The notes under the pieces were generated by a model. It was not told where the DNA came from. It was given only the letters and a program-made list of their open reading frames with translations, and searched no databases. 64,000 nt of DNA, from contig CAVRRT010000042.1 of the NCBI GenBank assembly GCA_963723305.1, positions 2,911 to 66,910 on the forward strand. The letters run 5' to 3'. Every line of letters begins with the position of its first letter. Within the stretch, counting starts at the first letter, position 1. Origin of the DNA: an uncultured Pseudomonadota bacterium. GTDB taxonomy: Bacteria; Myxococcota_A; Polyangia; Fen-1088. Positions 27,794 through 36,159 of this stretch are shown here, piece after piece. The translations under genes and the position numbers were made by a program.

Positions 27794-28299
27794 CAGTGCG
27801 TCGCTGTCGCTGGTCGCGTTATGCAGGACTTCTCGAACCTGCGGGCGAGCGCCGCCGCCTCTCGGTCGACTTTCTCCACTAAAGAAGCGTATCGCTCGTA
27901 GAGGGGTGAGGACTCTTGGCAGCGGCCGACTTGAAAGAAGGCATTGGCCTGTCCCCAAATCGCTATCGACTTTCCCCACATCTCGACTTTCGAAAAGTGC
28001 TCCTCTGCTTCGCGAAAGGATGAAGCCGCGTCGTCTGGACGTTGCAGCGATTCGAGGGCGTCGCCCTTCACATAGCGACCCCAGGGATTGTTGGGGTCGC
28101 TCTTGATCGCGTCAGCGGCGAGCTGAAGGGCCTTCGGATGGTCCCCAGCCAGCTCAGTCCGAACGGACTCGCTCGCCAATCGGTCGGCATTCGTGGGGGC
28201 GATTGACTGTGGGAGCGGTGCGAGCTGACCGTACGACCGCGATGCTGTGACGATGGTTAGTGCGCTGGAGAGAACCCCAAGCCAGATTCTCGAGGTCAT
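27793..28299 (-). CDS. secreted TPR-like repeat protein
   Basis: Signal MTSRIWLGVLSSALTIVTASRSYG. Helical repeats (HPKALQLAADAIKSDPNNPWGRYVKGDALESLQRPDDAASSFREA). ATGA overlap with the upstream gene. Confidence 0.7.
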   Translation of the reverse strand: MTSRIWLGVLSSALTIVTASRSYGQLAPLPQSIAPTNADRLASESVRTELAGDHPKALQLAADAIKSDPNNPWGRYVKGDALESLQRPDDAASSFREAEEHFSKVEMWGKSIAIWGQANAFFQVGRCQESSPLYERYASLVEKVDREAAALARRFEKSCITRPATATH

Positions 28300-29318
28300 T
28301 TCGTCGCTCCGTTCTCCGCGTGGCCCCCGCTAAGTGTCTCGGCGGTCGCACGCTCCGTCTCGAGACGCGTCGCAACCTCCGTCGCGATTCGGCTCAGCTC
28401 CGGAACGGCGGAGTCTGGTAGCGCGGTGACCTGATGCCGGAGACGATCGGCGAAGCCCTGCCCGACGCCGCTCCACGCGAGCGTCTCGCGCATCTTGTGC
28501 GTGAGTGCCGGCGAGTCGGAGGCGGGGTGGCCCGCTCGCGTCGCCACGCCAGAGAGGTAGGCAAGCCAGGTTCCCGGACGCGGCGTCGCGGTCGGCTTAA
28601 GCGCGTCGGGGGACGGAGGAGCGACGTCGAAGACCGTGGTGAGAATGTGGCCGAGCGCGTAGAACTTGAGCTGCTTCGGCAGTCCGCGGGCCATCTCCAT
28701 CCGATCCATGGCTGCCAGGAGCCCGAGAACGCGCCGATCCGTCGCGGTCGCGTCGGTGCTGACAAGCAGGCGATCGAGGGCGTCGTGTTGTGACAGGGCC
28801 TTGGCCGCCGTGCGTTCGTCGTCGGTCAGTTTCGCTTCGACGGCGTCCGCATCGTAGTCGACTTTCACCCGGTCGCTAGCCCGCCGAGCGAGCATTCCCT
28901 CATGCATCGCCGCCGAGACGTCTCGGAACAGAGTGACGGTTCGATCGCGGGTCGTGAGCGGTTCCGTCGCTCGAATCTTCGCCAAGAGATCGCTCACGGC
29001 TTGTTCGTCGCCGGCACGAAGCTGCTCGTAGCGCGCGGAATCGAACCGACCGTAAACCGAAACGACGAGATCTTTGCAGCGTTGGTCATCGCGCGTACGC
29101 CAATCGGCAGGCGGTAAGCCTTCTGCGTCTGACCAGACTCCGCCCATGGAGCACGCCGCGGCAAGCAGTCCGAGCTTGTATCCCGTCGGTCGAATCCCTG
29201 TGGGAAAGATGGCTACGCCGGCTGCCAGGGCTGTGTTCCTTTGCGACCAAGTCTGCAGCGCAGAAAAGGAAAGCCCAATCACCAAGGCCAATCCCCATCG
29301 ATGGTGTCGCCGTTTCAT
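28296..29318 (-). CDS. secreted hypothetical protein (340 aa)
   Basis: Signal MKRRHHRWGLALVIGLSFSALQTWS. Helical, charged composition with no recognised domain. First gene of a three-gene coupled operon. Confidence 0.7.
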   Translation of the reverse strand: MKRRHHRWGLALVIGLSFSALQTWSQRNTALAAGVAIFPTGIRPTGYKLGLLAAACSMGGVWSDAEGLPPADWRTRDDQRCKDLVVSVYGRFDSARYEQLRAGDEQAVSDLLAKIRATEPLTTRDRTVTLFRDVSAAMHEGMLARRASDRVKVDYDADAVEAKLTDDERTAAKALSQHDALDRLLVSTDATATDRRVLGLLAAMDRMEMARGLPKQLKFYALGHILTTVFDVAPPSPDALKPTATPRPGTWLAYLSGVATRAGHPASDSPALTHKMRETLAWSGVGQGFADRLRHQVTALPDSAVPELSRIATEVATRLETERATAETLSGGHAENGATK

Positions 29319-29565
29319 CGTGTCCTCCAAGAGCGCGTCTGCCGCGTAAGTCCGGTGCGTTGCAGTCGGCATGCCACAGGCCCGTTCTCTAGGCGAACCG
29401 GCCTCTATAGCCCCTGAACCGCGCAAGAGTTGCCGGCCAAGAGCCTCTAGCCGCAAGGGTTGCCGGAGCCAGTTGAGTCTCCTGGCGTGCGCGATCGGTC
29501 ACGCCGCGCGGTGGAAAATCCGTCCGTCGCTGGACGCGCGAGGCGGTTGGCCCACGATCTCCGCC

Positions 29566-30267
29566 ATGAATTACCGCGGTTGGCGCACCCTGGCCTTCCT
29601 GTTGTTGGTTGCCTCGTCCTGCGGGAGCGGGAGCGCGAAGTTGCCAGCCGATGGTTCGACCGATCGGACGATGTCGACTTCCGACGGGCGCGCGGACCAG
29701 GTCGCCCGCAACCTGGACGCGGGTGGAGGCGGGGCCGCGACGTGCACCACACTCGTCTGGCAGTTCGGCGGCTGCACGACCTCGATGCTCGACGAGTGCG
29801 GGCGCGAATACTCGACCCTCCCGGCGGCGATGCAGGGCGACCTCGATGCCTACGCGGTGTGCTTGCGCACGATGGCTTTGGGCCTGCCGGACGCCGCCCT
29901 CTCAATCGGTGTTGATGCCGGGTGCCCGACGACGTCCGATTCGTTGAATCGGTGGTACCAGCACGGCGGCTGCGAAGGCGAGGCGAGCCAGGCCAGCCAC
30001 GACATCGGGACGTTCGACCCCTGCGCCGGGACGGCGACATCGTGCACGACACTGACCAGCGAGAGCGATTGCGGCGGCAAGTACGGCGAGTGCAGCTGGA
30101 CAGCCGGCGCTTGCGCCGATCTCACATCTCTGACCCCCTGTTCCCAGGCGGCGGGGGCCTGCGCGACAGTTCCCGGCTGCACGGGAACCGGTTTTCCGTC
30201 GTGCGGCGGAACGGGACAACCGATGTGCTTCTTCTCGCAAGCGCTGCCGGGAAACCCGGGGCTCTAG
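29566..30267 (+). CDS. Cys-rich lipoprotein
   Basis: MNYRGWRTLAFLLLVASSC lipobox. Cys-rich C-terminal part (CAGTATSCTTLTSESDCGGKYGECSWTAGACADLTSLTPCSQAAGACATVPGCTGTGFPSCGG). Confidence 0.65.
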   Translation: MNYRGWRTLAFLLLVASSCGSGSAKLPADGSTDRTMSTSDGRADQVARNLDAGGGGAATCTTLVWQFGGCTTSMLDECGREYSTLPAAMQGDLDAYAVCLRTMALGLPDAALSIGVDAGCPTTSDSLNRWYQHGGCEGEASQASHDIGTFDPCAGTATSCTTLTSESDCGGKYGECSWTAGACADLTSLTPCSQAAGACATVPGCTGTGFPSCGGTGQPMCFFSQALPGNPGL

Positions 30268-30411
30268 CGCGCCGCTTCGCCGCGCCCGGCGTGAACGCGA
30301 TAGGCAACCTCATCCCGCAGGACCCCGATCTACGCCGTTGCGGCGGTGCCGCCGTCGACCGGTAGGCTCCGCCGGACAAGACGACCTCTCCTGGGACGTG
30401 AGTTTCTTGGC

Positions 30412-30441
30412 TTGACACGCAAGCAACTACTTGCCTATAAG
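30412..30441 (+). promoter_or_regulatory. sigma-70-type promoter with embedded palindromic operator, upstream of the ArsR gene
   Basis: TTGACA (30412-30417), 18-nt spacer, TATAAG (30436-30441). The spacer holds GCAAGCA-ac-TACTTGC (30419-30434). The ATG at 30449 is only 7 nt after the -10, with no SD sequence. Confidence 0.5.
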
Positions 30442-30448
30442 TTCAGGC

Positions 30449-30802
30449 ATGAGCGACGCGGAAGATCTGCTCTTCAAGGCGATTGCCGACCCTGGACGCC
30501 GCAAGCTCATGGACCGCCTGCACGCGAATGACGGCCAGACCCTGAGCGAGCTCTGCACGCACCTCGACATGACCCGCCAGGGGGTCACGCAGCATCTTGC
30601 GCTGCTCGAAACCGCGAACCTCATCGCGGTGCAGTGGCGCGGGCGCGAGAAGCTGCACTTCCTCAACCCTGTGCCGCTGCAGAACATCTACGACCGCTGG
30701 ATCGCCAAGTTCGAGCGTCCGCACCTCAAGGCGCTGAGCGATCTGAAGCATCGCCTCGAAAACGGCGACCAGTCGAATCGTCCCCGAAGGAGACCATCAT
30801 GA
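30449..30802 (+). CDS. ArsR/SmtB family transcriptional regulator
   Basis: LFKAIADPGRRKLMDRL...QTLSELCTHLDMTRQGVTQHLALLETANLI winged-HTH signature. Confidence 0.85.
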   Translation: MSDAEDLLFKAIADPGRRKLMDRLHANDGQTLSELCTHLDMTRQGVTQHLALLETANLIAVQWRGREKLHFLNPVPLQNIYDRWIAKFERPHLKALSDLKHRLENGDQSNRPRRRPS

Positions 30803-31317
30803 GCACAGTCCCCAGAAGCGAGTTCGTCTACGTCACGTACATCCGCACGACGCCCGAGAGATTGTGGGCCGCGCTGACGGAGGATACGGAGTTCATGAAG
30901 CAGTACTGGTTCGGCACGCGCTGCGAGAGCGGGTGGACCGCGGGCTCGCCGTGGAGGATGGTGCAGCCGAGCGGGTACGTTAGCGACGTGGGCGAGATCG
31001 TCGAGGCTGAACCGAACAAGCGCCTCGTGATTCGGTGGGAACATCAGTACGTCGACGCAAAGCACGAAGGGTTCTCGCTCTGCACGATGGAGATCGAGCC
31101 GAGCGGATCGGCGTTGAAGCTCTCGATTCGGCACGCGATGGAGCGCGAGGGTTCGAAGCTGATCGAGAAGGTGTCAGGTGGGTGGCCCAAGGTCCTCGCG
31201 AACCTCAAGTCGTTGCTCGAGACGGGTTCGGTCGCACTCACCGAGCCATATCCAAAGTCGAGCTCGGGGACGTCGTCGGATGGCCCGACTCGAGCTTCGT
31301 CATCGAGTGCGTCGTGA
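30799..31317 (+). CDS. SRPBCC/AHSA1 (Aha1-like) domain protein
   Basis: ATGA overlap with the ArsR stop. YIRTTPERLWAALTEDTEFMKQYWFG...VEAEPNKRLVIRWEH...GGWPKVLANLKSLLETG. Confidence 0.8.
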   Translation: MSTVPRSEFVYVTYIRTTPERLWAALTEDTEFMKQYWFGTRCESGWTAGSPWRMVQPSGYVSDVGEIVEAEPNKRLVIRWEHQYVDAKHEGFSLCTMEIEPSGSALKLSIRHAMEREGSKLIEKVSGGWPKVLANLKSLLETGSVALTEPYPKSSSGTSSDGPTRASSSSAS

Positions 31318-31790
31318 AGACCCGTGAAATCTGGCACGAGCTCCACCTCCGCAGCACGCGTCACGACGTCTATGAGTCCTTGACCATTCCCAAGAAGCTC
31401 GCGGGTTGGTGGACATCCCACCATCCTTCTTCCGTGACCGACGGTAAAAGCCAAGCGCGACCACTCCGAATTCCTCGTTGGGTACCGGATGCGTTTGTCG
31501 ACACCCTCGACGAAGCCGAGTTCGCAGAACCGGGGCCTGCCTTGGACGGCGAAATGCTGTCGCTTGAGCACCTTACCGGGTGCCACATAGCTGCCTACCT
31601 CGGAGGAGATCAGGCGAGTCAGGAAGGCAAGCGTCAGCTCTGTTCCCTCGTCTTCGCCGCCCGTCTGGACTCCGAGGCTCTGTCGGCGATCGCAACAGCC
31701 GAGAGTCGCCATCGCGGAGTCGTATTTGTTGCGTACGTCCGTCCCCTCGTGCGTCGAAGAGATCACCTGCCCGGGGCTTCGGCCCAATAG
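31314..31790 (+). CDS. doubtful ORF: SRPBCC-like N-terminus only, remainder unrecognisable (possibly decayed)
   Basis: GTGA overlap with the previous stop. The first ~35 aa (REIWHELHLRSTRHDVYESLTIPKKLAGWWT) look like an SRPBCC start. The rest has no motif, GC is lower, and the opposite strand is also open (31044-31787). Confidence 0.3.
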   Translation: MKTREIWHELHLRSTRHDVYESLTIPKKLAGWWTSHHPSSVTDGKSQARPLRIPRWVPDAFVDTLDEAEFAEPGPALDGEMLSLEHLTGCHIAAYLGGDQASQEGKRQLCSLVFAARLDSEALSAIATAESRHRGVVFVAYVRPLVRRRDHLPGASAQ

Positions 31791-31793
31791 ATA

Positions 31794-32798
31794 CTAAAGC
31801 GGGGCGTGGCCCGTCAGTGAATCCGGGTGCTCCCTGCCACCGAGGTCGCCGCGGACCAGCCGGTACCCGCGCGGCGAGACGCCGAAGGAGCGAGTGAACG
31901 AACGGGTGAGCTGGGGGGCGTCGCGGAACCCGCAGTGGGCGGCGATCTCCTTGGGCGAAAGGCCGGTCGTGCCGAGCAGCACGCGCGCGCGATCGGTGCG
32001 CAGCCGTTCGATCAGCTTGGCGGGCGTGGTGCCGAGCGCTCGCGCGCAGACGCGATGGAGTGTGCGCACCGAGACCGCCGCCCGCTGAGCCAGCGCCTCG
32101 ACATCTAGCGCCGCCAGGTGCACCACAGCCCAGGCGAGCACGCCGTTCAGCGGATCGTCGCGCCGGGCCTGCGCGGCCAGCAGGTCGGAGAACTGCGACT
32201 GGAAGCCCGGCCGCCGCGCGTGCAGGACCAGCTGCGCCGCGACCCGATCGGCGACCCGTCGGCCGCAGTCCTCTTCGACCATCGCCAGTGACATGTCGAT
32301 ACCGGTCGTGATGCCGGCCGAGGTCCAGACACGCCCCTCGCGCACGTAAATGGCGTTGCCGTCGACCGTGAGCCCTGGACGGAACGCCGCCAGGCGGGCG
32401 ACCGCCGACCAGTGGGTGGCGACCGTCCGTCCGTCGAGCAGGCCAGCGGCGGCGAGGATGAACGTCCCGCTGCAGACCGAGCCGAGACGGCGGACGTTGC
32501 GGCTGCGCCGCCGCACCCAGTCCAGCAGCCGCCGGTCACGGACGGTGGCGGTAATCCCGGCCTCGTTGCCACCCGCGACCAGTATGGTGTCGTCCGGGCC
32601 GCTGGTCACCCGTTCGAGCGGCGCGGTCGCCAGCGAGAGCCCCGACGAAGTCGTGATGGCGCGTCGGCGGCTGGCGACGACGATCCGGTAGGGCCGCCCG
32701 CCCGGCTCGCGCGCGGCGTGGACGAAGACCTCGGTCGGGCCGGTGATGTCTAGCGACTGCGCGCCGTCGAATACGACGATGATGATCTGGTCGGGCAT
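31794..32798 (-). CDS. GlxA-family AraC-type regulator (DJ-1/PfpI-like N-domain plus HTH_AraC)
   Basis: IIIVVFDGAQSLDITGPTEVF...SVCSGTFILAAAGLLDG...WTSAGITTGIDMSLAMVEED, with C-terminal AraC HTH (PKEIAAHCGFRDAPQLTRSFTRSFGVSP). Alternative start at 32825. Confidence 0.85.
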   Translation of the reverse strand: MPDQIIIVVFDGAQSLDITGPTEVFVHAAREPGGRPYRIVVASRRRAITTSSGLSLATAPLERVTSGPDDTILVAGGNEAGITATVRDRRLLDWVRRRSRNVRRLGSVCSGTFILAAAGLLDGRTVATHWSAVARLAAFRPGLTVDGNAIYVREGRVWTSAGITTGIDMSLAMVEEDCGRRVADRVAAQLVLHARRPGFQSQFSDLLAAQARRDDPLNGVLAWAVVHLAALDVEALAQRAAVSVRTLHRVCARALGTTPAKLIERLRTDRARVLLGTTGLSPKEIAAHCGFRDAPQLTRSFTRSFGVSPRGYRLVRGDLGGREHPDSLTGHAPL

Positions 32799-32863
32799 TG
32801 GCAGAAATTGCCATTTAGTTGTCATAGACGCCAGGCCTCGCCGCGGACCACAGTACTCGTCGT

Positions 32864-33544
32864 ATGAGCCTCGACATTGCGTTTCTGCTCTATCCTGGAG
32901 TTGCGCTCCTCGATGTGGCCGGTCCCTACGAAGTCCTCCATCGCGTGCCCGGCGCCCGGCTGCACCTGGTCGGGCGGACGCGCGCGCCGCTGGTCTCGGA
33001 CACTGACGCCGTGCTAGTGCCGACGGCGACCTTCGCGGATGTCCGGGCCGCCGAAGTCCTCTGCGTCCCGGGCGGCGGCGGCCAGATCGATCTCATGGAC
33101 GACGCCGAGACGATCGGCTGGGTCCGCGAGATCGGCGCCGCCGCCAGCTGGGTGACCTCGGTCTGCACCGGGTCGTTCGTGCTTGGGGCGGCCGACCTGC
33201 TGCGCGGTTACCGGGCGACCACCCACTGGGCATCTTTCCCGTTCCTGGCGGCGTACGGCGCGATCCCGGTCGAGGAGCGGGTGGTCGTCGACCGCAACCG
33301 AGTCACCGCCGCCGGCGTGACGGCAGGAATCGATCTCGCCTTGGGGCTGGCCGCGCTGTTGGCGTCCGACACCGTCGCTGAGGCCATCCAGCTCGGCCTC
33401 GAGTATGACCCGGCCCCGCCCTTCAACAGCGGGAACCCGCGCGCGGCGCGGCCGCTGGTCCTTGACCTGGTGCGCGCGCGCTTCGCGACGCGAATCGACC
33501 GGCGCTCCGCCCAAGCCGCTGCGCGACGAGGCGGCGCGATCTGA
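32864..33544 (+). CDS. DJ-1/PfpI family protein
   Basis: IAFLLYPGVALLDVAGPYEVL...VTSVCTGSFVLGAADLLRGYRATTHW...VTAAGVTAGIDLALGL. Divergent from the GlxA-type regulator. Confidence 0.85.
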   Translation: MSLDIAFLLYPGVALLDVAGPYEVLHRVPGARLHLVGRTRAPLVSDTDAVLVPTATFADVRAAEVLCVPGGGGQIDLMDDAETIGWVREIGAAASWVTSVCTGSFVLGAADLLRGYRATTHWASFPFLAAYGAIPVEERVVVDRNRVTAAGVTAGIDLALGLAALLASDTVAEAIQLGLEYDPAPPFNSGNPRAARPLVLDLVRARFATRIDRRSAQAAARRGGAI

Positions 33545-33653
33545 GTGGCCGCTCCGCCCGATCTCTGCGTTTAGGAACGGCACGCACGAGCGGCAGACAT
33601 GGATTTCTGAGGAGCTTCGCCGCGCGAAGCGCCCGCGCCGTGCGGGCATAGAT

Positions 33654-33780
33654 CCGAACCATCAAGGAATCGAGAACGAGCTGATCGACCGACGTCAGCC
33701 AGTGAGCACACGAATGGACGGATCAACCGGCGCCCAGGGTCGGCGGAATGCTGAGGTACTACCACCGGGAAGCCGCGTGA
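33654..33780 (+). mobile_element. remnant of rve-type integrase (family 1), frameshifted C-terminal end
   Basis: PNHQGIENELIDRRQ in one frame, then RVGGMLRYYHREAA plus stop in another. This matches the ...ERNHQGLxNxLI...RLGGLLxYYxREAA tail. Confidence 0.55.
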
Positions 33781-33907
33781 AGCTCGCCCGAGCTTTCGAA
33801 CAGGAGCGATCCGGGCTGCGACTCGCCGAAGCGGCTGGGCGCCATCTCGAGCGACACGAGGGAGTCCCCGGCGGCGACATGAGGGAGAAACGAGGGAGTC
33901 GCCGGAC

Positions 33908-33947
33908 GCTCTTTCGCGTCTTTTCGCGCTCTTTCGCGTCTTTTCAC
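33908..33947. repeat. 2 x 20-nt tandem repeat
   Basis: GCTCTTTCGCGTCTTTTCGC followed by GCTCTTTCGCGTCTTTTCAC (19/20 identical), in an AT-richer patch downstream of the integrase remnant. Confidence 0.7.
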
Positions 33948-34005
33948 GCACCGTCGTTTTGACGATCGGCCGCTTAATTACTGAAAAGACAGGTCTGAAG
34001 TACTA

Positions 34006-34022
34006 CCTTGCCAAGGTGGACG
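34006..34022. repeat. 17-nt motif CCTTGCCAAGGTGGACG, copy 3
   Basis: Exact copy in the AT-richer non-coding patch 33950-34100. Confidence 0.7.
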
Positions 34023-34330
34023 CTGTTGCAGAACGGTGGCGGGAAGTGCCGCTGAGTTCTTTTGCGTCTAATTGTTCGACTTACTTCGAAGAAAGGCCCC
34101 CTGGACATGAACGTCCTCAAGCCACGCGACGGAGGACGTTCGCACCGAAGATCACCGCGGTTGGCGGTGAGGACAGTCCGTCAGCCGGTCGATTCCCGCT
34201 CCGGTGTGGCTGTCCGCGACGTAGACCGCAATCGAGGTTCCTCCGCCGCAGATGGCCTGAACACTGATGACGTCGCCGTTGAAAGGTCCGATCGGCGTCG
34301 TCCCCGCGATCGTCACCGTGCCCCCCCACG

Positions 34331-35240
34331 ATGGCGTCGGAAGGAACTCGGCGAGGTCGAGCGCGCACGGCGCTCATCGGTCTGCAGCTGGCGCGACGTG
34401 CGGGCCTCGAAGGAGCACTCCTGTCCGACGCCTACTACGCCGGCGTCTTGCGCCATCTCGGCTGCAGCGCCACCGCGCACGAGGAGACGTTGCTCATGGG
34501 GGACGAGCAGGAGTTGCACCTCGCGCTCGGTCCGGTCGACGCTGCTTCGCCCGCGCAGATGTTCAAGGGCGCTGTGCGCGGCTTCGCTCGAAGCAAAGGC
34601 CTGGTCCGTCGCGGGGCCACGGTGGCGAGGTTCATGGTCAAGGCGCCTGCAGCGGTGCCGCCCATATTCGCCGCGCGCTGCGAGGTGGCGGCACAGCTTG
34701 CGCGGCGCCTGGGGTTCGGAGAGGTGGTCGTGCGCGCGCTCGACGAGGCGTACGAGCGGTGGGACGGCAAGGGGCTGCCGCGCCGAAAGCGGGGCACCGC
34801 TCTCTCGCCGGTGGCGGCGATTTTGGCCGTCGTGGAGACGGCGGCGATGCTACTTCGGTTGCCGGGAGGCGAGCCGTTCGCCTGCCGCGTAATCAGCGAG
34901 CGCGCAGGCGGCCAGTTCGACCCCGCGGTGTGCCGCACTTTCCTCGACGCGCGCGACGACGTTCTACGCGAGGCGTGCGCAGATTCGGTCCGCACGTCGC
35001 TGATCGCGGCGGAGCCGCATCCACACCGCATCGTCGAGAGCGTACGCGACGTGGCTCTGGTCCTGGCCGACTTCGCCGACCTCAAATCGACCTTCACTCT
35101 CGGTCACTCGCGGAACGTGGCGGAGCTGGCGCGCACGGCCGCGCAGGGGATGGGGCTGCCGCCGACCGAAATCGACGCCGTCGAGCTGGCCGGTTGGCTA
35201 CACGACCTCGGACGCGTCAGCATCTCGAACGCGATCGCAG
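34331..35240 (+). pseudogene. HD/HD-GYP-type phosphohydrolase fragment (degenerate first domain, second domain cut after the HD motif)
   Basis: First domain: AYYAGVLRHLGC (HD replaced by HL) and YERWDGKGLPRRKRGTALSPVAAILAVVE (HHExxDGxGYP-like). Second domain: TLGHSRNVAELA...LAGWLHDLGRVSISNAI, which then runs into an integrase tail in another frame. Confidence 0.6.
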
Positions 35241-35244
35241 ACGA

Positions 35245-35304
35245 CACGAGCGACGTGAGCGGCTCGGCGGGTTGCTCAACTTCTACCACCGGGAGGCCGC
35301 GTGA
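35245..35304 (+). mobile_element. remnant of rve-type integrase (family 1), extreme C-terminus
   Basis: ...RRERLGGLLNFYHREAA plus stop. It shares TACCACCGGGA(A/G)GCCGCGTGA with the remnant at 33760-33780. Confidence 0.55.
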
Positions 35305-35411
35305 ACGCCCTCGGCGCGGTTTCGGCACACGACGGGAACTGAGCGATCACGGTCTCGTTCGGGCCCGACTGCTCCTGCTCGCTCGGATCGGTCGAGATGC
35401 CCGGCAAACGC

Positions 35412-36044
35412 CTATCGGGTTGCCGTGATGTACTCCAAAAAGGGCTCGCTGTTGCCGGCGTCTGCCCCACCATCGATGCCGGATCCACTCACCGACCCGG
35501 TCATCGGGAACGTGGTCATGAGCGTGGTCCCGTCCGAGATCAGAGAGATATCCGCGAACGTCGCCGTGATCGGTCCCGTACTGTTATTGGAGGCGCAAGA
35601 GACTGGCCCGTTCGAGAGTGAGGCGCCAAAGCTGGTGACCCCGCTGGCCGACGCAACACCGGCCCCGACACTGAAATTGAAGACGCAGCCGCCGACAGTC
35701 GTCGTGATCTGCGCGTAGGCTGGCTCGGTGAAGGTTATGGATTGGTTCGGTTCGAAAATGCCAGGGTCGGAGGAAGGCCCGAGCGCCGGATTCACGTTGG
35801 TGAGGCCGTACGCTTTCCCAATGTACGCCGGGGTCGTGTCCCCGGGGCACGTTCCTTGGGGGAAGGCGTTAACCAACGGCTCGGCCGGCGCTCGGACGAA
35901 CGCGGGGGCCGGACCCTCAGGGTCGGTCGAAGACGGCGGGCACGCCGTTGTGTCTGGCGTGGCAGCTTTGCCGCTGGAACCGCCGCAACCTATGGCAGCA
36001 AGAACCGGAGCAAGCAAGAATATGGACCAGCACCTTCGCCCCAT
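35412..36044 (-). CDS. hypothetical lipoprotein
   Basis: MGRRCWSIFLLAPVLAAIGC lipobox. Ser/Thr/Gly-rich beta-type composition. Confidence 0.65.
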   Translation of the reverse strand: MGRRCWSIFLLAPVLAAIGCGGSSGKAATPDTTACPPSSTDPEGPAPAFVRAPAEPLVNAFPQGTCPGDTTPAYIGKAYGLTNVNPALGPSSDPGIFEPNQSITFTEPAYAQITTTVGGCVFNFSVGAGVASASGVTSFGASLSNGPVSCASNNSTGPITATFADISLISDGTTLMTTFPMTGSVSGSGIDGGADAGNSEPFLEYITATR

Positions 36045-36159
36045 CACCAGCCCTCCTGAGACGTTGGGAACCGTACATGATCGGCCCGATCTCGCCAAGG
36101 GCTTAACGTCTGGTCGTGGCCCGCATACGTTGCGAGGCACCCGCCGGACCGCTTCGCCG

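Noticed and set aside
34062-35304. ORFs 34062-34892 and 34267-35304
   Set aside because: They are Arg-rich alternative frames over the HD-domain fragment. Only the last ~17 codons of 34267-35304 are meaningful, as an integrase tail.
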